From an uncultured Clostridia bacterium (lineage in GTDB: Bacteria > Bacillota > Clostridia > Oscillospirales > CAG-272): 56,042 nt of DNA. Below the pieces are notes generated by a model. It had not been told where the DNA came from. It did not search any database and worked only from the letters and a program-made list of their open reading frames with translations. The stretch's first letter is position 1. Each line of letters starts with the position of its first letter. The DNA lies in NCBI GenBank assembly GCA_947625265.1, contig CANQNM010000001.1, positions 1 through 56,042 on the forward strand, in the 5' to 3' direction. A program made the position numbers and the translations under genes. Shown here piece by piece: positions 46,862 through 55,587 of this stretch.

Positions 46862-47520
46862 GGAGAGTTGAGGACGGTCAAGTTTGTTTGCAGGTGGGTT
46901 TTTACGCCGAAGTGTTCGGCAGGATACCGTCTGTTTCGTTGCGGTTGTTAACAGCGTTGAACAGTCGAAACGGCAATGAATGCGCGCCGTTTTTGAAGGT
47001 CATGAAGTTGTGCCCGCGAGATTTGAACCGTAAACAGAGAGCCGCCATGACGGTTGAAAACCGCTGGGCATGCGGCCGATTAACTATAAGGGGCAACTCT
47101 GTCGATATGTATCGCTTACGGACCGGCGGCGCAGCGGTGACTTCGCCGGAAATGTTTTCACCCGGTAAGTTTGCAAAACCGCTTTACTTTTTTCGCTGAA
47201 AGGAGTATAATGAATCCAGCAAAGAATTCGGACTTTTGGAGAAGAAAAATATAAAAACGAATCCCCAGACAGCCGTTTTTCAATGTGTGTTGGGTCGGAA
47301 GTTGCTGTCGATACAAACAGAGGGGACATATAATTTTTCTTTGATAGCGTGCGCAGAGATCACAAACAAAAAGAACGGAAGATAGGTATCGGCTGTCGGC
47401 ACTGCGGAACGAAGATACTTGAGCGAAATGTAAGAGGGGCAGGCAGATGCACATGAATGACGTCGGCAGGGATGCATACCGTGATGTGAAGGGAACAGAT
47501 CCTTTCTTTGAGGGCTCGCG

Positions 47521-48111
47521 CTACGGGCGCGGTCCCTTTGTTTGTTTCTTTCCCTTCTTTTTGCGCACAGAAAAACCGAAACTGCCCAACTTTTTACCAA
47601 GAGAAAAATAGTCTCCGTGGGCGTAGGCCGCAAGACCGCATTTTTCCAGACGCAGTTTCCCGGAACTGTCCAAAAGTTCTTCCTTCACGGTCACAGCGAC
47701 CACGTCCAACAGGAACATGTGGTGACTGCCCAGTGGGAGGACGTCGAAAACCTTACATTCCAGAGACAGCGGACTTTCAAGCAGGGTAGGCGCGCCCACT
47801 TTCACTGAAGGAATGGGAGTGATGCCGCATTTTTCGAATTTGTCAAGATTTCTGCCGGAACGCACACCGCAGAAATCCGCTGCCCGGACAAGATCCTCGG
47901 TGGTCAGATTGATGACCAGTTCTCCGGAAGTTTTGACAAGTCCGTAAGAAAAACGTTCCGGACGAATAGAGACATAGGTTTTTGGAGGCCTGGTGTTGAT
48001 GATTCCTGTCCATGCGGCGGTCATGATGTTGGGGGTTTCCATACTTCCGCAGGTGATCAGAGCGGGGGGAACCGGCGCCATCAGCGCACCGGAAAATAAA
48101 ATTCTGCCCAT
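47521..48111 (-). CDS. Flavin reductase-like (FMN-binding split-barrel) protein
   Basis: The start at MGRILFSG follows GGAAAGGAG. NIMTAAWTG...VSIRPERFSY is present, and the C-terminal tail is Lys-rich. Confidence 0.6.
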   Translation of the reverse strand: MGRILFSGALMAPVPPALITCGSMETPNIMTAAWTGIINTRPPKTYVSIRPERFSYGLVKTSGELVINLTTEDLVRAADFCGVRSGRNLDKFEKCGITPIPSVKVGAPTLLESPLSLECKVFDVLPLGSHHMFLLDVVAVTVKEELLDSSGKLRLEKCGLAAYAHGDYFSLGKKLGSFGFSVRKKKGKKQTKGPRP

Positions 48112-48408
48112 GGCGCAACTCCTTTCCGACGGGCGTTTCAAAAAATTTCCCTTGTGGGACGCGCCGCCTTTAGAACGGAGATATGATAGCACAAATTCTC
48201 CTCCTTGTCAAAAAAATGTGAAAGAAGATTTGCATGGGTTTGACGGATGTCGGATACGAATCTTCGAGGGGCCAGGCCGTGAAGGTATCAGGTAAGTTCA
48301 CGGAAAGTCCGCAAACCTCCCGTGAACGTCTTCCGGATCCTACGCGGTGCGGCGAATTGAGTGAACAAAGTGAACGCGCCGCACAGAGAAAAGGAGCGAA
48401 GAAAAAAG

Positions 48409-49080
48409 ATGAATATTCTTTTTGAAAATCAGAATTTGGTTGTAGTACTCAAACCCGCGGGCATTCTTTCGGAGGAAGCGGGATATCGGCAAAGCGTTCC
48501 GCTGCTGCTCAAAAAACACTATCGAGAACAGGGAATTTTGAACCCTGAAATATACACGGTGCATCGGCTTGACAGGGATGTGGGCGGGGTGATGGTTTTG
48601 GCAAAGAACCGCCGCATGGCTTCCACACTTTGCAAAGCCGTGGCGGAAAGACGAATGGAGAAGGAGTATGCAGCGGTGCTCTTGGGTTGTCCCCAAGAGA
48701 GTGAGGCAGTTTTGGAGGATTTGCTTTTCAGAGACAGCAAAAGCGGCAAAACCTATGTCACTGACCGGATGCGCGCCGGTGTTCGGGATGCAAAACTTTC
48801 TTACCGTCTTCTTGATACCGTTGAAAGCGAGATCGGACCGCTGTCCCTTGTGAAAGTAAAATTGTATACTGGCCGTACCCACCAGATCAGAGTCCAATTC
48901 GCTTCAAGAAAATTGCCGTTGTACGGAGACGGCCGATACGGCGGCAAAGCGGGAGGATCCATGCCCGCGCTGTTTTCCTGTAGACTGGCAGTTAAAAATC
49001 TGTTTGATTGCAGTTTTTATCCCAAAGAATTCCCGTTTTCTCTGTTTGGAGCAGGAAGTCCCTCTTTGTTTTCCTCCTGA
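48409..49080 (+). CDS. RluA-family pseudouridine synthase
   Basis: The catalytic HRLDRDVGG motif and TGRTHQIRVQ are present. Confidence 0.8.
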   Translation: MNILFENQNLVVVLKPAGILSEEAGYRQSVPLLLKKHYREQGILNPEIYTVHRLDRDVGGVMVLAKNRRMASTLCKAVAERRMEKEYAAVLLGCPQESEAVLEDLLFRDSKSGKTYVTDRMRAGVRDAKLSYRLLDTVESEIGPLSLVKVKLYTGRTHQIRVQFASRKLPLYGDGRYGGKAGGSMPALFSCRLAVKNLFDCSFYPKEFPFSLFGAGSPSLFSS

Positions 49081-49600
49081 ACCAATGGCTGCGGATATGC
49101 ATAAACTGAAAGTGCAGAGTGTTTTTTGACCGGAGAAACGCTTTGTTTCTGAATTTTTTTGAAAATGAATCGGGTATCGCAAAAGTGATAAAAAAAGAAA
49201 GAGAAAAAATATAAAAAAACCCTTTTCAGAAGAAAAAAAATATGATACAATAAATTGGATACACAAAAAAATTTCGATTCCCGAAAGGATTCAGATTGTC
49301 CGGGGTGCCGGACGATCCCGCTTGCACCGCAGTTCAACTTTTCGGTGTGACTCGCTTTACGGATGCACGATGTTTTCGAATGTCTGAGGTTATCCGACGC
49401 GCGGCGTTTTTCAGTGCTACGCTTTTTTGGGCCGTTTGATCTTGTGGAACGGGTTGAGTTGTTTGGATAGCGAGTCCGAGAGATTTTGGGTGATGGAAAA
49501 ACCGTGGGAAAAATCGGCAGAATATATGAGTTAGCGCTGCAGGCAAAACAAGACGAAACAAGCAGAAAGGATTCCGTGCGAACGGACCGTGTACAGATAA

Positions 49601-50869
49601 ATGGAGAAGATTGTGATTCAGGGCGGCAGACCGCTGAACGGTGAAATAGAAATAAGCGGTATGAAAAACGCCGCTTTGCCCATTATATTCGGCTGTCTTT
49701 TGGTAAAGGACCGCTGTGTGATTGAGAATTTGCCGGTGATCGACGATGTGGAAGTGGCGTTGAATATCCTGAAGGATATGGGCGCGGTTGTTGAAAAGAT
49801 CAATAAAAACACTGTGGCAATCGACGCCACGGAAGTCAAGGGCGGTTCCTCTTCGGTGAATCTTGTTCGAAAGATTCGCGCCTCCTACTATCTGCTTGGC
49901 GCGGAGATCGGAAGATATGGCAAGGCGTATGTGGGTGTTCCCGGCGGGTGTGACTTTGGGTGCCGCCCCATTGATCAGCATATCAAGGGCTTTGAAGCGC
50001 TGGGATGCACGGTGCGCATGGATGGCCGATACGTGACTGCTTCTGCTCCGCAGGGACTGAAAGGCGCAAATATTTTTTTTGATATCGTTTCAGTTGGTGC
50101 CACAATGAATGTGATGCTGGCGTCGGTCTGCGCACCGGGGGTCACGGTGATTGAAAACGCCGCAAGGGAACCGCACATTGTGGATTTGGCAAACTTTTTA
50201 AATACCTGTGGCGGTCAGATTTCAGGTGCCGGGACGGATACCATTAAAATTAAGGGTGTAGACAGTCTGCACGGATGCACCTACGCGATCATCCCCGATA
50301 TGATCGAAGCGGGTACATACATGATTGCGGTGGCAGCGACGGGCGGAAAACTGAAAATCACCAACGTCATTCCCAAACATCTTGAATCAATTAGCGCCAA
50401 ACTCTGCGAAATGGGTGTGGAGGTGGAGGAAGGCGATGATTTTGTAACGGTGTCTCGCTGTGGAAGAATTTCGAAGATCAACCTGAAAACCCAACCATAT
50501 CCCGGTTTCCCCACCGATATGCAGCCGCAGATGGCGGCGCTCATGTGCCTTGCAGACGGCATTTCACTGCTTACCGAAGGGGTTTTCGACAACCGTTTTC
50601 GCTACACAGAGGAACTTTTGAGAATGGGTGCAAACATCAAGGTGAACGGAAAAACCGCGATGATCGAGGGCAAAGTCGCCTTGAAACCCGCGCGGGTTCG
50701 GGCGGTGGATCTTCGAGCAGGCGCGGCGATGGTCATCGCGGGACTGGCCACACCTGGAAAAACGGAAATTGAAAATATTTACCTCATTGAACGCGGGTAT
50801 GATGATTTGGTTGGAAAACTCCGCCTTTGCGGAGCGGATATCATAAAAATTAAGGAATTGGAGGATTGA
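49601..50869 (+). CDS. murA: UDP-N-acetylglucosamine 1-carboxyvinyltransferase
   Basis: It has SGMKNAALPI and the active-site region PGGCDFGCRPIDQH, and is full length at 422 aa. Confidence 0.92.
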   Translation: MEKIVIQGGRPLNGEIEISGMKNAALPIIFGCLLVKDRCVIENLPVIDDVEVALNILKDMGAVVEKINKNTVAIDATEVKGGSSSVNLVRKIRASYYLLGAEIGRYGKAYVGVPGGCDFGCRPIDQHIKGFEALGCTVRMDGRYVTASAPQGLKGANIFFDIVSVGATMNVMLASVCAPGVTVIENAAREPHIVDLANFLNTCGGQISGAGTDTIKIKGVDSLHGCTYAIIPDMIEAGTYMIAVAATGGKLKITNVIPKHLESISAKLCEMGVEVEEGDDFVTVSRCGRISKINLKTQPYPGFPTDMQPQMAALMCLADGISLLTEGVFDNRFRYTEELLRMGANIKVNGKTAMIEGKVALKPARVRAVDLRAGAAMVIAGLATPGKTEIENIYLIERGYDDLVGKLRLCGADIIKIKELED

Positions 50870-50871
50870 AT

Positions 50872-52170
50872 ATGCGGGAATACGACCACGCCGCCCTTTC
50901 GGAACGGCTGCTCTCCTTTATCGAGAAGAGCCCCAGCAGTTTTCACGCGGTAGAAAATCTGAAAAAAATGCTTGAGGACAAAGGTTACGTCCAACTTCTG
51001 GAAAACGCGGCGTGGACCTTGGAGGAGGGCAAAGGATATTATGTCACAAGAAACGGAAGTTCGATCATCGCTTTCCGTTACAAAAAAGATTTTTCAGGAT
51101 TTGGGATCAGCGCGTCACACAGCGATTATCCCTGCTTCAAGATCAAAGACAGAGGAGAACTGAACGGCGAGTTTATACGGCTAAACACCGAAAAATACGG
51201 CGGAATGATCTGCTCCACATGGCTCGATCGCCCTTTGTCGGTTGCCGGACGGGTGATTGTAGCGGGGGAAGATCAGGTATGTGTGAAACTTTTGAATTTT
51301 GACAGGGATCTTTTCATGATTCCTTCGGTCGCCATACATATGAACAAGGCGGCCAACGACGGCATGAAATACAATCCCGCGGTAGATACAGTTCCGCTCT
51401 TGGGCGAGAAGAACTGCAAAGGACGGTTCACCGAACTTGTGGCGAAAGAGTTAGACGTACGGGAGGAGGATATTCTCGGAACCGACCTTTATGTGTATTC
51501 CAGGCAAAAGGGGTGCGTTTGGGGGTGCGACGGACAGTATATCTCCTCCAGAGCCCTTGACGACCTCCAATGTGCGTTCTCCAGCATGATGGGATTTCTT
51601 GAGGCCGGAGAAGGCGCATGTTTACCCGTCTGCGCTGTTTTTGACAACGAAGAGGTGGGATCTTCCACAAGACAGGGTGCGGCCTCGACGTTTTTACATG
51701 ATGTCCTTTTCAGAATTTGCAAAACCGAGGAAAACTATCTTATGGCCCTCGCCTCGTCGTTTCTGCTTTCCTGTGACAACGCTCATGCGGTGCATCCCAA
51801 CCACCCGGAATATGCCGATCCTGAAAACAGGGTGTATGTCAACGGCGGCGTGGTTTTGAAGTTCAACGCGGGTCAGAAATATACCACCGACGGCATTTCC
51901 GAGGCTTACGTGAAATATCTATGCAGAAAGAACGCCATCCCCTTTCAAAGTTATGCCAACCGTTCGGACATGGCAGGAGGATCAACCTTGGGGAATATCG
52001 CCGTGACAAAGGTTTCGGTATGTTCGGCGGATGTGGGTATTCCCCAATGGGCAATGCATTCGGCCTACGAGAGCGCGGGGATCAGGGATACCGCCTGTAT
52101 GATTGAATTGTGCAGGGCGCTTTTTGAAGGATGTTTCAAAATGAAGAACGAGGGGTATGACGTCGGTTAA
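50872..52170 (+). CDS. M18-family aminopeptidase
   Basis: The RBS is GGAGGA. FIEKSPSSFHAV and DNAHAVHPNHP motifs are present. Confidence 0.8.
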   Translation: MREYDHAALSERLLSFIEKSPSSFHAVENLKKMLEDKGYVQLLENAAWTLEEGKGYYVTRNGSSIIAFRYKKDFSGFGISASHSDYPCFKIKDRGELNGEFIRLNTEKYGGMICSTWLDRPLSVAGRVIVAGEDQVCVKLLNFDRDLFMIPSVAIHMNKAANDGMKYNPAVDTVPLLGEKNCKGRFTELVAKELDVREEDILGTDLYVYSRQKGCVWGCDGQYISSRALDDLQCAFSSMMGFLEAGEGACLPVCAVFDNEEVGSSTRQGAASTFLHDVLFRICKTEENYLMALASSFLLSCDNAHAVHPNHPEYADPENRVYVNGGVVLKFNAGQKYTTDGISEAYVKYLCRKNAIPFQSYANRSDMAGGSTLGNIAVTKVSVCSADVGIPQWAMHSAYESAGIRDTACMIELCRALFEGCFKMKNEGYDVG

Positions 52171-52483
52171 ACGGAAGGTTTAAACGTCCCGAAACGAGGA
52201 AGAGAAATAGCGCGAAAAAAAGGAAACGGCGGGGAAAAAACATTGCGGAAGAGCGGTTGTTTTCCCGCGCGTTTCCGGTACGCATGGTTTGGAGCCGCGC
52301 GACCTCAGATTCCTTCATCGGGAGGGAATCTGCTGAACGCGAACAGCGAACAGCGAACAGAACAGATAAAAGCGCCGAAACGCGTTTGCATGCTTTCACG
52401 GATTTACAGCCGTGAAAAAAACGTTCAGCCTAGTCGGGCAATGGATCGCGAGCGGTGATCGTGAATCGTGAGGATATAAGCGT

Positions 52484-53023
52484 ATGATGATTTTGCTCCG
52501 TTCTCTTTTTGGATTGTTTGTGACCTTTGTGCTTGCCGGGTATTTTTTTGCGAGCGTGGGAATATACAAACTTATGGAAAACGCAGGAATGGGTCGTAGA
52601 GGGTTGGCGTATGTTCCTCTGTACAGGCTGTGGATTTTGGGCGAGTTGACGGGCCAAGAGAGGTATCTTCCTGCGGCGTTTCTTATTTGTGGCGGATTCC
52701 CTGTTTTGATGTTTCTTCTGTGCGTCTGTTGTCTTGTGATGCTGCTGACTGTTTTCCTTTCCCCTCTTGCACTTGTTCTGGCGCTTCTTTTGGCGCTTCT
52801 TTTTCCCGTGGCGCTCTATGCCTGTCCCATGTTTTTTAACATTTTGCTCTACCGCTTTTTTAAGGAACGCTGCGAGAGGTTCACGGTTGTACTCACAGTT
52901 CTTTCCGTGATCTTTACGTATTTTGGCATATGGCAGTACCTTGTATATTTTGTCTCGGTTGCCGGAAATGCCAACACCGAAGATTCGAAAAAATCCCCGA
53001 AGGAAGAAAAACTTTCCGTCTGA
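52484..53023 (+). CDS. Hypothetical polytopic membrane protein
   Basis: The RBS is GAGGAT. It has 4-5 strongly hydrophobic segments and a charged C-terminal tail. Confidence 0.55.
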   Translation: MMILLRSLFGLFVTFVLAGYFFASVGIYKLMENAGMGRRGLAYVPLYRLWILGELTGQERYLPAAFLICGGFPVLMFLLCVCCLVMLLTVFLSPLALVLALLLALLFPVALYACPMFFNILLYRFFKERCERFTVVLTVLSVIFTYFGIWQYLVYFVSVAGNANTEDSKKSPKEEKLSV

Positions 53024-53190
53024 CGCAAGGGAGGACGTGCCGTGCGGCGGATGTCGGCATATGCCGCGTGATGTGCAACGCACGGCATGCGGCTGTGCGG
53101 TTATGCTGCCTAACTGTTCCTCCGCTATGCGAATACCTGTCGGTTTCCTTCGACCGCCGCTCGGTTTTTCCCTTTCTCCGGGCTGTCGAA

Positions 53191-53270
53191 GCATTCCGAA
53201 ACACTTCGAAACACTTCGAAACACTTCAAAACACTCTGAAATACTCCGACACACTCCGAAATACCTCGAA
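53191..53270. repeat. Tandem array of about 8 units of 10 nt (ACACTTCGAA and variants)
   Basis: The units line up exactly with the 10-nt blocks of the sequence listing. Confidence 0.85.
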
Positions 53271-53307
53271 ACCGGAGGCGGAGCGCCCGGACAGGGGGAA
53301 GCACGCA

Positions 53308-53345
53308 GACTTTGACGCATAATACTGACTTTGACGCATAACACC
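53308..53345. repeat. 19-nt direct repeat x2 (GACTTTGACGCATAAYACY) just upstream of the CBS gene
   Basis: There are two adjacent copies with 2 mismatches. A third partial 'gact' follows. Confidence 0.8.
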
Positions 53346-53383
53346 GACTGTTGTGACAAATGTAGAAAACAGGAGAAAGACTC

Positions 53384-53791
53384 ATGAATGTGGCATTTTT
53401 CATCAAGCCCAAGAGTAAGATCATCTATGTATACGAAGATAACACCCTGAGGCAGGGTCTTGAAAAAATGAGATATCACGGCTACTCCGCCGTGCCGGTA
53501 CTCACAAGGGACGGAAAATATGCGGGATCGGTGAAAGAGGGCGATTTTCTTTGGGCCATTTACGGACAAACCGATCCGAAATTTGAGGAAAAAATCAGAA
53601 TCAGCGAAATTCTTCATAGAGAGGGCAGGGATCCTGTGCGCATTACGGCGGGTATGGATGATCTGCTGCTCAAGGTGATGGACCAGAACTACGTCTCGGT
53701 GGTTGACGATTCAGGATCCTTTGTGGGCATTGTAACGCGTCGGGACATCATGCATTTTTACTATGAAAAGATCAGAGAACTTGGCATCTGA
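53384..53791 (+). CDS. CBS-pair domain protein
   Basis: The RBS is AGGAG. Two CBS-like modules are present (YHGYSAVPVLTRDGKYAGSV; YVSVVDDSGSFVGIVTRRDI). Confidence 0.75.
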   Translation: MNVAFFIKPKSKIIYVYEDNTLRQGLEKMRYHGYSAVPVLTRDGKYAGSVKEGDFLWAIYGQTDPKFEEKIRISEILHREGRDPVRITAGMDDLLLKVMDQNYVSVVDDSGSFVGIVTRRDIMHFYYEKIRELGI

Positions 53792-54209
53792 AAGAACGGA
53801 CAGCATTTCACTCTCTTTTCCCCTTTGTTTTCCGCTTTTTCTTTTTCCGACATGGCGTTTCGGAAAGGGATACACCGAAACCCAAAAAAATTTCATACTT
53901 TCACAGCGTTCCGTTGGGGCACCTTCTGTAGGGAAGGTGCCCCAAGTTGGCTCTTGTATCTAAATATCATTTGATTCTTACCGAGCGATCGGAGATCCGT
54001 TTTAGTGAGAGAACGGCGTGTCCTTTCCTGCGATATGGCGCATAAATCATAATTCCTGTATTTTACCGATTTTTTCGGGAACAAAGACGGCTGCATCTGT
54101 TCAAAACCGCTTTCGGGCGAACAGCACCGATGCCGTTCCTTTGATACTTAGGGAATATAGGATATCCTGCATGATCACAATGGCATGCTGACGCCGCAGG
54201 CACATAGGC

Positions 54210-54220
54210 GGGGGGGGGGG
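54210..54220. repeat. G11 homopolymer (C11 on the minus strand)
   Basis: I counted 11 consecutive G, ending 30 nt 3' of the stop codon of the 54250-55017 gene. Confidence 0.85.
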
Positions 54221-54249
54221 AGCGAAGGGAGAAGAAAAAGTAGACCGTT

Positions 54250-55017
54250 TTATTTTTCTTCGCTTTTGATATATTCCAGTGCACTTTTCATGTACATATC
54301 TTCAATTTTATCGGAATACAAGTTCTCTTCTTTCACGATTTTGCGTGCTTTTTCAATATCGTCCGATTGGGCTTTCTCCAAACCATATTTGGCGAGTATC
54401 CACTGTTTTCCGTGTTCCAGTGACCTGACAATCGCGTCAGCCACCGATTTGTCTTCCCGATTTTTGAACGCGTCTATGGAAATGATCGCCAACGGCGCCT
54501 GCGCAAATTTCCCCTTGACCGTGTTTTTTCGGGGCCCGCATACAATGGAATGATCTTGCTTGCTTTGGTACACTAAAATGTTTTCTCTGGTTTCCGCATC
54601 GGGTATATGGCGAAGTTTATCGCGGACATCAATTTGTCGAGATACCTTTCCGTTGATTTTGGCGACCTTTATTAAAAACGATAAATAGTATTCTTTGAGA
54701 GAAAGGCAAATATCGACGCCGCCCCTGCCAAGTTTGTGGAAATATAACTTTCCGAACCGATCTGCCCCTTTTTGTCTGGGATTTCGATGACAGCTGCAAT
54801 CCATGAATTCATGATTCGTATCTTTATAATAATATGCTTCAACGAGTAACGGTTCAACAGTAACATCATCAATTTGTATATGGTATTCGTTGATCAGTTT
54901 CTTTCCGATTTCTTGCAGTATCTCTATGCGCCTGCGGTTTTCATCGTCCCCGATTCCGTGAATGCCGTCAAGTCGTTCTACCATTTTTTTTAGTTCCGGA
55001 TAATTTGTTTTGCACAT
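54250..55017 (-). CDS. Hypothetical protein with ordered motif similarity to AAG/Mpg-type (PF02245) DNA glycosylases
   Basis: The gene has low GC. Motifs occur in family order: LVEAYYY, D-x3-H (MDCSCH), NPRQKGADRFGKLYFH, GGVDICLS, CGPRKNT. These parallel VETEAY, EDEAAH, TPRN..MF..G.LYVY, YG..FC.N and CSGPSKL of the family. The start was taken at the second ATG, 9 nt after AAGGA. Confidence 0.4.
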   Translation of the reverse strand: MCKTNYPELKKMVERLDGIHGIGDDENRRRIEILQEIGKKLINEYHIQIDDVTVEPLLVEAYYYKDTNHEFMDCSCHRNPRQKGADRFGKLYFHKLGRGGVDICLSLKEYYLSFLIKVAKINGKVSRQIDVRDKLRHIPDAETRENILVYQSKQDHSIVCGPRKNTVKGKFAQAPLAIISIDAFKNREDKSVADAIVRSLEHGKQWILAKYGLEKAQSDDIEKARKIVKEENLYSDKIEDMYMKSALEYIKSEEK

Positions 55018-55156
55018 TTTTAACATTTCCTTTTATTTATAATTTTTTATTCTTGCATTTTTAAATTGGAGTTTCATGCCCCATTGGAAAAATGCAGCCC
55101 ATTTTGCCAAGAAGTTGCTGCGGCATCCGTGTTGTTTTGGTCCAAAACCCCGAGAA

Positions 55157-55321
55157 TCACGACCAGTCTACTGCCTTCGATGGTTTGTCTGTTTCAGTGA
55201 TGGTATAGGATGTATACAGTTTGACGGCGATCAGTTTTCCCCCATGCTTTTTTCCAGTTCCTCTGCCGGTTTTCAGGTTGGCATGTTTTTTAGATCTTTT
55301 GTAAAGACTCCATTGTCTCAT
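55157..55321 (-). CDS. Possible 54-aa highly basic ORF upstream of the glycosylase-like gene
   Basis: The ORF is not in the supplied track. It translates to MRQWSLYKRSKKHANLKTGRGTGKKHGGKLIAVKLYTSYTITETDKPSKAVDWS. There is no clear RBS. Confidence 0.2.
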   Translation of the reverse strand: MRQWSLYKRSKKHANLKTGRGTGKKHGGKLIAVKLYTSYTITETDKPSKAVDWS

Positions 55322-55494
55322 AATTTTTTCTACTGTTTCTGTCCAAATGCTCTGCTCTTACCGATCCTGACAAACAACATTGCAGTATAAGGGCTGCCCG
55401 CGCTCACACAAGCGCGCGGTTTGGGCCATGTTATATGTTGTTCACCGTATTCTGACGGCGCACAAAAAATGTCTTGCGGGTGAAAGTCTGGACG

Positions 55495-55534
55495 GAAAAA
55501 GAAAAATCGGAGAGAGACCATCGAATCTCTCTCC
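55495..55534 (-). terminator. Intrinsic terminator after the PQ-loop-like gene
   Basis: A perfect 9-bp stem (ggagagaga / tctctctcc) is followed by ATTTTTCTTTTT on the minus strand. Confidence 0.65.
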
Positions 55535-55587
55535 TGTGGGAAAGGCGCATCCCCCGCGCTGCGTGACGCAGGCGCGCGGAATGTGGG

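Noticed and set aside
47010-47035. The sequence GGTTCAAATCTCGCGGG (minus strand) resembles a tRNA or tmRNA T-arm.
   Set aside because: The flanking bases do not form the 5-bp T-stem. I could build no acceptor stem, CCA context or tmRNA tag ORF.
47440-47475. CAGATGCACATGAATGACGTCGGC resembles the RNase P RNA AGAUGAAUGACUG segment.
   Set aside because: The universally conserved GAGGAAAGUCC (P4) element is absent on both strands of the region. The resemblance is probably chance.
52430-53617. A 395-aa minus-strand ORF spans the membrane-protein gene, the repeats and the CBS gene start.
   Set aside because: It is antisense to two well-supported genes. It is extremely Lys/Arg/His-rich, and it is kept open across the stop-free tandem repeats.
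55157-55321. The 54-aa basic ORF was considered as a remnant of a Tn916-type integrase arm-binding N-terminus, which would mark the islet as a mobile element.
   Set aside because: The only resemblance is a vague LKTG...K..G pattern. There is no downstream integrase-like reading frame in any frame, and I could identify no att-like direct repeats. It is kept only as a low-confidence ORF.
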